Positions 52,421 to 60,768 of a stretch of DNA of 60,768 nucleotides are shown piece by piece. The notes beneath the pieces are model-generated. The model saw only the letters and a list, made by a program, of their open reading frames with translations. It searched no databases and was not told where the DNA came from. This DNA comes from Burkholderiales bacterium (GTDB taxonomy: Bacteria; Pseudomonadota; Gammaproteobacteria; Burkholderiales; Casimicrobiaceae). Position numbers and translations under genes: made by a program. The stretch is from positions 1 through 60,768 of the forward strand of contig JADLEZ010000300.1 of NCBI GenBank assembly GCA_020845855.1, in the 5' to 3' direction. Position 1 is the stretch's first letter; each line of letters begins with the position of its first letter.

Positions 52421-54286
52421 TCAGTCCGCGAGCGTATCGACGCGCTTGCCGGTCAGCGCACGCGCGACTCCGCGATCCATGCGCCGGGCCGCGAAGGCTC
52501 CGGTCGCGTGGTTGACGGCTTCCACCGCCGCGCGCAGCGCGAGATGATCTTCGCCTGCGCGCGCCTGCGCGAGCCTCGCCAGCGCCGCCTCGATCGCGGC
52601 GCGCTCCTCCGGGTCGACAAGATCGCCGTCCGCGGCCAGCGCCGTACGGGTCGCGTCGACGATGCGGTCGGCCTCGACCCGCGCCTCGCCGAGCGCGCGC
52701 GCCTTCATGTCGTCGTCGGCATGCGCGAACGAATCCTTCAGCATGCCCGCAATCTCGGCGTCGGTCAGGCCGTACGACGGCTTGACCGTGATGTTGGCGG
52801 CAACACCCGTGGTCTGTTCCCGCGCCGACACTTCGAGCAGCCCGTCGGCATCGACCTCGAACGTAACGCGAATGCGCGCGGCACCAGCGACCATCGGCGG
52901 GATGCCGCGCAGCTCGAAGCGCCCGAGCGAGCGGCAGTCGGCCACCCGCTCGCGCTCGCCCTGCACGACGTGGATCGCCATCGCGCTCTGTCCATCCTTG
53001 TAGGTCGTGAATTCCTGCGCCCGGGCGACGGGAATCGTCGAGTTGCGGGGAATGATCTTCTCGCTGAGCCCGCCCATCGTCTCGAGCCCGAGCGACAGCG
53101 GGATCACGTCGAGCAGCAGCCAGTCGTCCTTGCGCTCGCGGTTGCCAACGAGCTTGTTGGCCTGGATCGCAGCACCCAGCGCCACGACCTCGTCCGGGTT
53201 GAGGTTCGTCAACGGCGGCTGCCCGGACAGCTCCGCCACCGCCCGCCGCACTTGCGGCATGCGCGTCGCGCCGCCGACCATCACCACGCCCTTGATGTCG
53301 GAGGGCTCCAACTTCGCGTCGCGCAGCGCGCGCTTGACCGGCTGCAGCGTCTTGTTGACGAGGTTCGCGGTGATGTCCGTAAGCGTGGCGCGCGTAAGCA
53401 TCACGTTCACCGTGGCGCCATCGGAGAGGGTCGCGAGAATCGGCGCCTCGTCGTGGGTGGACAGGAATTCCTTCGCTTCGCGCGCCTTCACGAGCAGGAG
53501 CCGGGCGTCCGCCGGCGACGGCGGCGGCAGCTTCGCCGCCTCGATGATCCAGCAGAACACGCGATGGTCGAAGTCGTCGCCGCCCAGCGCCGAGTCGCCG
53601 TTGGTCGCGAGCACCTCGAACACGCCCTTGGAAAGGCGCAGGATCGAAATGTCGAAGGTGCCGCCGCCGAGGTCGTACACCGCGTACACGCCTTCCGCCG
53701 CGTTGTCGAGACCGTACGCGATCGCCGCCGCGGTCGGCTCGTTCAGCAGGCGCAGGATGGGCAGGCCGGCGAGCTTCGCCGCGTCCTTGGTCGCCTGCCG
53801 CTGGGCGTCGTCGAAATACGCGGGCACCGTAACGACCGCGCCGTCGATCGGGCCGCCGAGCGCGGCTTCGGCGCGCTCGCGCAGCGACCGCAGCAGATCC
53901 GCCGAGATCTCGACCGGAGACTTCACACCGGCGCGCGTCGCGATGCGCACCATCCCCGGCGCGTCGACGAAGCGATAGGGAAAGCGGCGGTCGTCGTCGA
54001 GATCGGCGAGACCGCGGCCCATCAAGCGCTTTACCGAAACTACCGTGTTCTGCGGGTCGCTCGCCTGTTTCGCCATCGCCGCGTAGCCGGTGGTCACCCC
54101 GCCGTCGCCGTAGCGCACGATCGACGGCACCAGCGTCCTCCCGTCCGCATCGGGCAACACCACCGACAGGCCGTGGCGCACCGTAGCCACCAGCGAGTTG
54201 GTGGTGCCGAGGTCGATGCCGATCGCGCGCTTCCACGCATGCGGCGCGGGCGCTTCGCCGGGCTCGGAGATCTGCAGGAGCGCCAT
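52421..54286 (-). CDS. hscA: Fe-S chaperone HscA
   Basis: [20 protein letters not shown] and other Hsp70 motifs; isc context. Confidence 0.97.
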   Translation of the reverse strand: MALLQISEPGEAPAPHAWKRAIGIDLGTTNSLVATVRHGLSVVLPDADGRTLVPSIVRYGDGGVTTGYAAMAKQASDPQNTVVSVKRLMGRGLADLDDDRRFPYRFVDAPGMVRIATRAGVKSPVEISADLLRSLRERAEAALGGPIDGAVVTVPAYFDDAQRQATKDAAKLAGLPILRLLNEPTAAAIAYGLDNAAEGVYAVYDLGGGTFDISILRLSKGVFEVLATNGDSALGGDDFDHRVFCWIIEAAKLPPPSPADARLLLVKAREAKEFLSTHDEAPILATLSDGATVNVMLTRATLTDITANLVNKTLQPVKRALRDAKLEPSDIKGVVMVGGATRMPQVRRAVAELSGQPPLTNLNPDEVVALGAAIQANKLVGNRERKDDWLLLDVIPLSLGLETMGGLSEKIIPRNSTIPVARAQEFTTYKDGQSAMAIHVVQGERERVADCRSLGRFELRGIPPMVAGAARIRVTFEVDADGLLEVSAREQTTGVAANITVKPSYGLTDAEIAGMLKDSFAHADDDMKARALGEARVEADRIVDATRTALAADGDLVDPEERAAIEAALARLAQARAGEDHLALRAAVEAVNHATGAFAARRMDRGVARALTGKRVDTLAD

Positions 54287-54290
54287 GCCG

Positions 54291-54821
54291 CTATTCGTCC
54301 AGGGACGCGGCCATGGCGCCGATGTCCTCGGCGAGCCGCGCGAGGAAGGTGAGCTCGCGAACCCGCGGACGCGCGGCGGCATAGTCTCCCTCGGCGCCGA
54401 GGGTGCACGACAGCAGATCCTCGATCTCGCGCGCGTCGCCGCGCACCGCCTCGCGCAACGACGAAAGCGTGCGCAAGTCGCCGGCCGCGAGTGCGTCGTC
54501 CGCCGCCTCGCGCCGCGCAAGCTGCGCTTCCAGGAATTCCATCGGCAGCTGCGTATCCTTCTCGCCGATCGGTTCGATGCCGTTCATCGCCAGCAGGTAC
54601 TGCGCGCGCTCGACCGGGTCCTTGAGCGCGCGGTACGCCTCGTTCACCCGCGCGGAAGACTGCAGCGCCATCCGCCGCTCGGCGTCAGTCCCGCGGGCGA
54701 AGCGGTCGGGATGCACTTGCGACTGCAGCTTGCGATAGGCAGCGTCCAGTGCCGCGCCGTCGATGCGGTAGCTCGGCGGGAGGCCGAAGAGCGCGAAGTG
54801 ATTGCGGGAGAAGTCGATCAT
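54291..54821 (-). CDS. hscB: Co-chaperone HscB
   Basis: J-domain HPD and [10 protein letters not shown] motifs. Confidence 0.96.
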   Translation of the reverse strand: MIDFSRNHFALFGLPPSYRIDGAALDAAYRKLQSQVHPDRFARGTDAERRMALQSSARVNEAYRALKDPVERAQYLLAMNGIEPIGEKDTQLPMEFLEAQLARREAADDALAAGDLRTLSSLREAVRGDAREIEDLLSCTLGAEGDYAAARPRVRELTFLARLAEDIGAMAASLDE

Positions 54822-54885
54822 GATGCGTTCATTGCGGTTCGGCTGCGACAGCCGCACGACGCTTGTTGTTGTGTCGCCGTTACTT

Positions 54886-54995
54886 GCGGCCGGCGAAGGG
54901 CCGCTCCCGAGCCGGCCGCCTAGCATCCCACCGGATGAAAACGGCGCAACGCCGCGATCACGTCAGACGCCGGCGCCGCGGCGCGCCGTTTTCAT
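54886..54995. repeat. Conserved-loop hairpin (54886-54919) plus a second inverted repeat (54935-54995)
   Basis: GCGGCCGGC-GAAGGGCCGCTCCCGA-GCCGGCCGC; ATGAAAACGGCGC...GCGCCGTTTTCAT. Confidence 0.8.
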
Positions 54996-55002
54996 ACGTT
55001 CC

Positions 55003-55326
55003 TCATACGTTGAAGCTTTCACCACAGCCGCACTGGTCCTTGGTGTTAGGGTTGTTGAACTTGAACCCCTCGTTCAGTCCCTCGCGCGCGAAGTCGAGCT
55101 CGGTGCCGTCGAGGTACGGCAGGCTCTTCGGGTCGACGAGGACGGTGACGCCGTTGCTCTCGAACCGGTGGTCCTCCGGCAACGCCTCGTCGGCGTACTC
55201 GAGCTTGTAGGCGAGACCCGAGCAGCCGGTCGTGCGCACGCCCAGGCGCAGGCCCATGCCCTTGCCGCGCTTGGCAATGAATGCGGAGACGTGGTTCGCC
55301 GCCGCGGGAGTGAGGGTAACGGCCAT
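55003..55326 (-). CDS. iscA: Fe-S assembly protein IscA
   Basis: GCSGLAY and CGCGESF motifs. Confidence 0.97.
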   Translation of the reverse strand: MAVTLTPAAANHVSAFIAKRGKGMGLRLGVRTTGCSGLAYKLEYADEALPEDHRFESNGVTVLVDPKSLPYLDGTELDFAREGLNEGFKFNNPNTKDQCGCGESFNV

Positions 55327-55345
55327 GTCAGCGATCGTCCATGAC

Positions 55346-55424
55346 GTCAGCTCCGAAGGGCCGCCCCGAGGAGCTGACTGCGCCTCCTCAGGGGGCAGCG
55401 AGCAAAGCGAGCGTGGGGGCCCAT
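55346..55424. repeat. Family D element between iscU and iscA
   Basis: GTCAGCTCC-GAAGGGCCGCCCCGA-GGAGCTGAC plus GGCAGCGAGCAAAGCGAGCGTGGGGG. Confidence 0.88.
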
Positions 55425-55425
55425 T

Positions 55426-55836
55426 CTAGTCCGCCGCCTTCGCCTGCGCCTCGTCCAGCCCGTGCTTCTTGCGATAGTCGGCCACCGCCGCCTTGATCGC
55501 GTCTTCGGCCAGGATCGAGCAGTGGATCTTCACCGGAGGCAGGGCGAGCTCCTCGGCGATCTGCGTGTTGCGGATGCTCATCGCCTGGTCGAGCGTCTTG
55601 CCCTTCACCCACTCCGTGACGAGCGACGACGACGCGATGGCAGAGCCGCAACCGTAGGTCTTGAACTTCGCGTCCTCGATGGTGCCGTCCGTGCCCACGC
55701 GGATCTGCAGCTTCATCACGTCGCCACACGCCGGCGCGCCGACCATGCCGGTGCCGACGTTCTCGGCATCCTTGGGCAGCGAGCCCACGTTGCGCGGGTT
55801 CTCGTAGTGGTCCAGTACCTTGTCGCTGTATGCCAT
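55426..55836 (-). CDS. iscU: Fe-S scaffold IscU
   Basis: MAYSDKVLDHYENPRNVG, ACGD and LPPVKIHCS motifs. Confidence 0.98.
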   Translation of the reverse strand: MAYSDKVLDHYENPRNVGSLPKDAENVGTGMVGAPACGDVMKLQIRVGTDGTIEDAKFKTYGCGSAIASSSLVTEWVKGKTLDQAMSIRNTQIAEELALPPVKIHCSILAEDAIKAAVADYRKKHGLDEAQAKAAD

Positions 55837-55855
55837 TTCGTTCTCCTCAGCGCAG

Positions 55856-57064
55856 TCAATGCGCCGCCCATTCGATCTTCGACAGGTCCACGCCTTCCTG
55901 GTGCATCTCCCAAAGCGGGGACAGCTCGCGCAGCTTGCCGACCTTGCGCTTGAGGAGGTCGACCGTGTAGTCGACGTCCGCTTCCGTCGTGAAGCGCCCG
56001 ATGGTGAAGCGTATCGAGCTGTGCGCAAGCTCGTCGCTGCGGCCGAGCGCGCGCAGCACGTACGAGGGCTCGAGGGAGGCCGACGTGCACGCCGACCCCG
56101 ACGACACCGCGATGTCCTTGATCGCCATGATCAGCGACTCGCCTTCGACGAAGTTGAAGCTCGCGTTCAGGTTATGCGAGACACGTCGCTCCATGTCGCC
56201 ATTGACGTAGACCTCGGGAATCTGCGACAGGCCCCGCCACAGCCGGTCGCGCAGCATGCGGATGCGCTCGTTCTCGGTGGCCATTTCGGCCTTGGCGATG
56301 CGAAACGCCTCGCCCATGCCGACGATCTGGTGCGTGGGCAGCGTGCCGGAGCGCATGCCGCGCTCGTGGCCGCCGCCGTGCATCTGCGCCTCGATACGCA
56401 CACGCGGCTTGCGGCGCACGAACAGGGCGCCGACGCCCTTCGGCCCGTAGGTCTTGTGCGCGGAAAACGACATGAGATCCACCTTGAGCTTCGCTAAGTC
56501 GACCGGAATCTTCCCGGTCGCTTGCGCGGAATCGACGTGGAAGACGATTCCTTTCGCCCGGCACGCTTCGCCCATCGCCGCAATATCCTGGATCACGCCG
56601 ATCTCGTTGTTGACGTACATCACGGACACGACGATCGTGTCCGTCCGCAGGGCGGACTTGAACGTGTCGAGGTCGACCAAACCGTCCGGCCCGACGTCGA
56701 GGTACGTAACCTCGAAGCCTTCCCGCTCGAGCTCGCGCATGGTGTCGAGCGTGGCCTTGTGCTCGGTCTTCACCGTGACGAGATGCTTGCCCTTGTCCTT
56801 GTAGAAGTGCGCGGCGCCCTTGAGCGCCAGGTTGATCGACTCGGTCGCGCCCGACGTCCACACGAGCTCCTTCGGGTCGCAGTTGACGAGCGCGGCGACG
56901 TGCGCGCGCGCCTCCTCCACCGCCGCCTCGGCGGTCCAGCCGAACGAGTGCGAGCGCGACGCCGGGTTGCCGAACTCGTCGGTGAGGTACGTGATCATCT
57001 TCTGCGCGACGCGCGGGTCCACCGGCGTCGTCGCCGAGTAGTCGAGGTAGATGGGCAGTTTCAT
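55856..57064 (-). CDS. iscS: Cysteine desulfurase IscS
   Basis: [19 protein letters not shown] and SSGSACTS motifs. Confidence 0.98.
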   Translation of the reverse strand: MKLPIYLDYSATTPVDPRVAQKMITYLTDEFGNPASRSHSFGWTAEAAVEEARAHVAALVNCDPKELVWTSGATESINLALKGAAHFYKDKGKHLVTVKTEHKATLDTMRELEREGFEVTYLDVGPDGLVDLDTFKSALRTDTIVVSVMYVNNEIGVIQDIAAMGEACRAKGIVFHVDSAQATGKIPVDLAKLKVDLMSFSAHKTYGPKGVGALFVRRKPRVRIEAQMHGGGHERGMRSGTLPTHQIVGMGEAFRIAKAEMATENERIRMLRDRLWRGLSQIPEVYVNGDMERRVSHNLNASFNFVEGESLIMAIKDIAVSSGSACTSASLEPSYVLRALGRSDELAHSSIRFTIGRFTTEADVDYTVDLLKRKVGKLRELSPLWEMHQEGVDLSKIEWAAH

Positions 57065-57076
57065 GGCAGGCGGATT

Positions 57077-57547
57077 CTAAACGGGTTCGCCGACGGGCAT
57101 CTTCGGCGCGGGGCGGTGATCCTTCATGACGGCCACGTCGGCGGGCTTCTGCTGCGTGACGAGCTGCGCGACCGAGACGCCCGACAGGAAGGTGAAGATG
57201 TGGTCGTTGAGCGCGGCCCACAGGTCGTGGGTCATGCATCGGCGGTCGTCGTGGCAGTTCTCGCGGCCGCCGCATTGCGTCGCGTCGATCGGCTCGTCGA
57301 CGGCGAGGATGATGTCCGCGACCGAGATCGCGCTCTGCGGCTTGGCGAGGTTGTAGCCGCCGCCAGGGCCGCGCACGCTGTCGACGAGGCCGGAGCGACG
57401 GAGCTTGCCGAACAGCTGCTCGAGGTATGACAACGAGATGTGCTGGCGTCCCGACACCGCCGCCAGCGTGACCGGGCCGTTACCGCCGTGCATGGCGACG
57501 TCGATCATGGCGGTCACGGCAAAGCGACCTTTGGTGGTCAAGCGCAT
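57077..57547 (-). CDS. iscR: Fe-S cluster regulator IscR
   Basis: MRLTTKGRFAVTAM, SVRGPGGGY and three Cys plus His ligands. Confidence 0.96.
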   Translation of the reverse strand: MRLTTKGRFAVTAMIDVAMHGGNGPVTLAAVSGRQHISLSYLEQLFGKLRRSGLVDSVRGPGGGYNLAKPQSAISVADIILAVDEPIDATQCGGRENCHDDRRCMTHDLWAALNDHIFTFLSGVSVAQLVTQQKPADVAVMKDHRPAPKMPVGEPV

Positions 57548-57585
57548 GGTGAACTCCGATTTGTCATGGGCATGATCATACCCTA

Positions 57586-57609
57586 ATTCCCGAACATTTT
57601 AGTCAACTA
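57586..57609 (-). promoter_or_regulatory. Type 1 IscR binding site upstream of iscR
   Basis: Minus strand TAGTTGACTAAAATGTTCGGGAAT resembles the type 1 IscR operator. Confidence 0.8.
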
Positions 57610-57623
57610 AAAGTCCGAGAAGT

Positions 57624-58379
57624 TCACTCAAGCATTTTGTTGATCTGCTGCGGATCGAACGCCTGGGCAACCGCCCGCGCATCCCCACAGGCGACTCCGT
57701 CGCGCTGGAGTTGCGCCACCAGCCGGGCCAGCCGCTCGTCGGTGGCGGCTGCGTGGTCGAGGAGCTTCTGGATCGCCTGCACCATCGGATCGTTCATATC
57801 CGCCGCGATGGCGTAGGCGGAAAAGCCGATCTTGGCCGCCTGCGCTTCGCGCCGCTGCTGGTCCTCGACGGTCACGATGCGTGCCGGAATGCCCACGGCG
57901 GTGGCGCCCGGTGGCACGTCGCGCACGACGACGGCGTTGGAGCCGATCTTGGCGCCGTCGCCGATCAGGATGGGCCCCAGGATCTTGGCGCCCGCCCCAA
58001 TCACCACCCCGCGCGCCAGGGTGGGGTGCCGCTTACCCTTGTTCCAGGACGTGCCGCCGAGCGTAACCCCATGATAAAGCGTGCAATCATCCCCGATTTC
58101 GGAAGTTTCCCCGATCACCACGCCCATGCCGTGGTCGATAAAGACGCGACGGCCGATGGTGGCGCCTGGATGGATCTCGATGCCCGTCAACCACCGGCTC
58201 CAGTGCGCCATCCAGCGCGCGAGCCAGCGCAGGCCCGCGCGCCACAGCGGATTCGATATCCAACGGTGCCAGACGAGCGCGTGCAGGCCGGGATAGCAAG
58301 TGAGCACCTCCCAGCGGCTGCGGGCCGCCGGGTCCCGATCGAACACGACGGCGATGTCCTCGCGCAAGCGGCTGAACAT
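57624..58379 (-). CDS. cysE: Serine O-acetyltransferase
   Basis: [22 protein letters not shown] and GKRHP motifs. Confidence 0.96.
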   Translation of the reverse strand: MFSRLREDIAVVFDRDPAARSRWEVLTCYPGLHALVWHRWISNPLWRAGLRWLARWMAHWSRWLTGIEIHPGATIGRRVFIDHGMGVVIGETSEIGDDCTLYHGVTLGGTSWNKGKRHPTLARGVVIGAGAKILGPILIGDGAKIGSNAVVVRDVPPGATAVGIPARIVTVEDQQRREAQAAKIGFSAYAIAADMNDPMVQAIQKLLDHAAATDERLARLVAQLQRDGVACGDARAVAQAFDPQQINKMLE

Positions 58380-58393
58380 GGATCGATTATGGC

Positions 58394-58418
58394 ATTTCCG
58401 ATGGATTTACTCAACTAT
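58394..58418 (-). promoter_or_regulatory. Probable second type 1 IscR site upstream of cysE
   Basis: Minus strand ATAGTTGAGTAAATCCATCGGAAAT, similar to the iscR site. Confidence 0.65.
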
Positions 58419-58461
58419 TTTCCTTGCTACACTCGCGGCCGCCCTTCCGGAGGACAAACCC

Positions 58462-59484
58462 ATGTTGATCCGACTCGTGGCGCTCGGCCTACTTGCCCTC
58501 GCTGCATCCGCGCACGCGCAGGACGTCGTGCTCAAGGTCCATCACTTCTGGCCGCCGGGCGCGATGCCGCCGTCTACCATCCTCACGCCGTGGTGCGACA
58601 AGATCGCGAAGGATTCCGGCAACCGGATGAAGTGCCAGATCTATCCGGCGATGCAACTCGGCGGCACACCGCAAAACCTCATCGACCAGGTGAAGGACGG
58701 CGTGGTCGACATCGTATGGACGCTGCCCGGCTACACCGCCGGCCGCTATCCGATGATGGAAGTGTTCGAGCTGCCGTTCATGTCGAGCAGCGCGCAGGCC
58801 ACGAGCCAGGCGGTCTGGGACTACTACACGCAGTTCGGGCACAAGGAGTTTCCGGGCATCAAGGCGCTCGCGCTCAACGTGCACGACAACGGCTACATCC
58901 ATACCAATCCGCGGCAAGTGAAGGTGATGGCCGACTTCAAGGGCCTGCGCATGCGCGCACCGACGCGGCAGACCAACAAGATGCTGGCTGCACTCGGCGC
59001 AGCGCCCGTCGCGATGCCGCTGCCCGCGCTGTCCGAGGCGCTGGGCAAGGGCGTGATCGACGGCTACCTCCTGCCGTGGGAAGTGATTCCGTCGATCAAG
59101 GCGCACGAGATGACGAAGTACGAGAGCGAGACGGACCCCAAGTCGCGCGCGCTGTACACCGCGGTGTTCATCCTCGCCATGAACCAGGCGAAGTACGATA
59201 GCCTGTCGCCCGATCTCAAAAAGGTCATCGACCAGAACTCGGGCGCGGCGCTGTCGAAGGCGATGGGCGCGCAATGGGACGCCTCCGCGCCGCCCGCGCG
59301 CAAGCTCGCGGTCGAGCGCGGCAACACCTTTTATGTCATTCCCGCGTCCGAGCTCGCCTTGTGGCAGAAGGCCACCGCGGGCCTCGCGGACGATTGGGTC
59401 AAGGACGTGTCGGCCAAGGGCAACGACGGGGCGATGCTGCTCAAGACTGCGCGCGAACTGATCGCGAAATACGAGAAGAAGTAG
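58462..59484 (+). CDS. TRAP transporter substrate-binding protein (DctP family)
   Basis: Signal peptide, YPAMQLGG, DFKGLRMR and GVIDG motifs; GGAGGA RBS. Confidence 0.93.
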   Translation: MLIRLVALGLLALAASAHAQDVVLKVHHFWPPGAMPPSTILTPWCDKIAKDSGNRMKCQIYPAMQLGGTPQNLIDQVKDGVVDIVWTLPGYTAGRYPMMEVFELPFMSSSAQATSQAVWDYYTQFGHKEFPGIKALALNVHDNGYIHTNPRQVKVMADFKGLRMRAPTRQTNKMLAALGAAPVAMPLPALSEALGKGVIDGYLLPWEVIPSIKAHEMTKYESETDPKSRALYTAVFILAMNQAKYDSLSPDLKKVIDQNSGAALSKAMGAQWDASAPPARKLAVERGNTFYVIPASELALWQKATAGLADDWVKDVSAKGNDGAMLLKTARELIAKYEKK

Positions 59485-59543
59485 ATTTGGTCCCCTACAC
59501 CGTGGGCCTTTGGGCCGGGAGCCTTGCGATTCGTGGATGCGCC

Positions 59544-60155
59544 GTGCGTAGCATAGCCGCAATCGCAAGGGCGCGCGCGCATACCGTCGCGACGGTGATT
59601 CTGGCGCTCGCCGCGCTGTCCGCGCTCGCCGCGGCGCCGGCGGCAACGCGCGAGCCTGCGCTGGTCGCGCCGTTTGCGGCCACACCGATGAGCGTGGTCG
59701 AGGAAATGCTGAAGCTCGCCGGCGTGGGCCCGCGCGACTACGTCGTCGACTTAGGCTCCGGCGATGGGCGCCTCGTCATCGTCGCCGTGTCCCGCTTCGG
59801 CGCGCGCGGCGGCTACGGGGTGGACCTCGACCCCACGCTCGTGGACTACGCCAACCGCAAGGCGACGGAGGACGGCGTGTTCGACCGCGCGCAGTTCTTC
59901 GTGCGCGACCTCTTCACCGCCGATCTGTCGCAGGCGACGGTGGTGACGGTGTACCTGCTGCCGATCGCCATGGACGACCTGCAGCGCAAGCTCCTGTCCG
60001 AGCTTCGGCCCGGCACGCGCGTGGTGTCGCACGACTACCCCTTCCGGTCGTGGCGCGCCGAGCGCGTCGTGGCGCTGGACGTGCCCGAGAAGGCCGACTA
60101 CACCGGCCGCCGCAGCACCGCGCTCTATCTTTACGTCGTCCCCGAAAAGCACTGA
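59544..60155 (+). CDS. Class I SAM-dependent methyltransferase with N-terminal signal-like segment
   Basis: PF..TP..VVEEML, VDLGSGDGR, ATVVTVYL and PGTRVVSHD motifs; start uncertain. Confidence 0.85.
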   Translation: MRSIAAIARARAHTVATVILALAALSALAAAPAATREPALVAPFAATPMSVVEEMLKLAGVGPRDYVVDLGSGDGRLVIVAVSRFGARGGYGVDLDPTLVDYANRKATEDGVFDRAQFFVRDLFTADLSQATVVTVYLLPIAMDDLQRKLLSELRPGTRVVSHDYPFRSWRAERVVALDVPEKADYTGRRSTALYLYVVPEKH

Positions 60156-60175
60156 CGCACAACCACCGAGGCGCC

Positions 60176-60768
60176 TTGAACAATCCGCCACCCGCTGCCG
60201 CAGCCGTCGCCGGTCCGCGCGCGCTCTTGCGCGGACGCGATGCCGTGGCCATCATCGTCGGCATCGTCATCGGCGCCGGCATTTTCCGCACCCCGCCGGC
60301 GGTCGCGAGCTTCACCGGCGACCCCGGCTGGACGATCCTCGCCTGGGTCGCGGGCGGCGTGGTCTCGCTGATCGGCGCGCTGTGCTACGCCGAGCTCGCC
60401 TGCGCCTATCCGCACACCGGCGGCGACTATCACTTCCTCACCCGCGCCTACGGCCGCAACGTGAGCTTCCTGTACGCTTGGGCGCGCGCCACGGTGATCA
60501 TCGCAGGCTCGATTGCGCTGCTCGCGTTCGTGTTCGGCGACTACCTGTCGCGCATCGTCCCGCTCGGCGCGTACTCGTCGGCGATCTGGGCCGCGCTCGT
60601 CGTCATCGCGCTCACCGCGATCAACCTCGCGAGCCTCACCGCCTCGGCGCGCACCCAAAACTGGCTCACCGTGCTCGAGGTCGGCGGGCTCGTGCTCGTC
60701 ATCGTGGCCGGAGCGGTCGCGGTACCCGCCACGGGGGTGACAACGCCGGCGTGGTTCTCCTCGACGCC
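60176..60768 (+). CDS. APC family amino acid permease (runs off the window)
   Basis: Manual translation: IIVGIVIGAGIFRTP..GALCYAELACAYPHTGGDY. Not in the ORF track. Confidence 0.9.
   Translation, partial: MNNPPPAAAAVAGPRALLRGRDAVAIIVGIVIGAGIFRTPPAVASFTGDPGWTILAWVAGGVVSLIGALCYAELACAYPHTGGDYHFLTRAYGRNVSFLYAWARATVIIAGSIALLAFVFGDYLSRIVPLGAYSSAIWAALVVIALTAINLASLTASARTQNWLTVLEVGGLVLVIVAGAVAVPATGVTTPAWFSST

Overview
High-GC bacterial chromosome segment, most likely Betaproteobacteria (inferred from gene content and synteny). It is mostly housekeeping: DUF1631, hrpA, pntAB, tartrate/D-malate dehydrogenase, accA-tilS, ndk-rlmN-pilW-rodZ-hisS-yfgM-bamB-der-hfq-hflXKC-hisZ-purA (with no ispG at its usual position), tRNA-Leu(CAG), rnr, serB and cysE-iscRSUA-hscBA-fdx-iscX. 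It also has three stand-alone solute-binding proteins, a PEP-CTERM gene with a sigma-54-type promoter, and several gene remnants (HipA, 1-Cys peroxiredoxin, DUF2905, a wHTH-STAND regulator with a nonsense codon, a truncated SDR). I found no CRISPR array, integrase or transposase. The main unexplained signal is at least six families of short dispersed palindromic elements filling many intergenic gaps. Several show compensatory stem changes, and one keeps a 15-16 nt loop (GAAGGGCCGC[T]CCCRA) on unrelated stems. They sit flush against start and stop codons, encode mini-ORFs between operon genes, nest inside one another, and one copy lies in-frame inside hrpA. All calls were made by eye from motifs and synteny; no database search was run.
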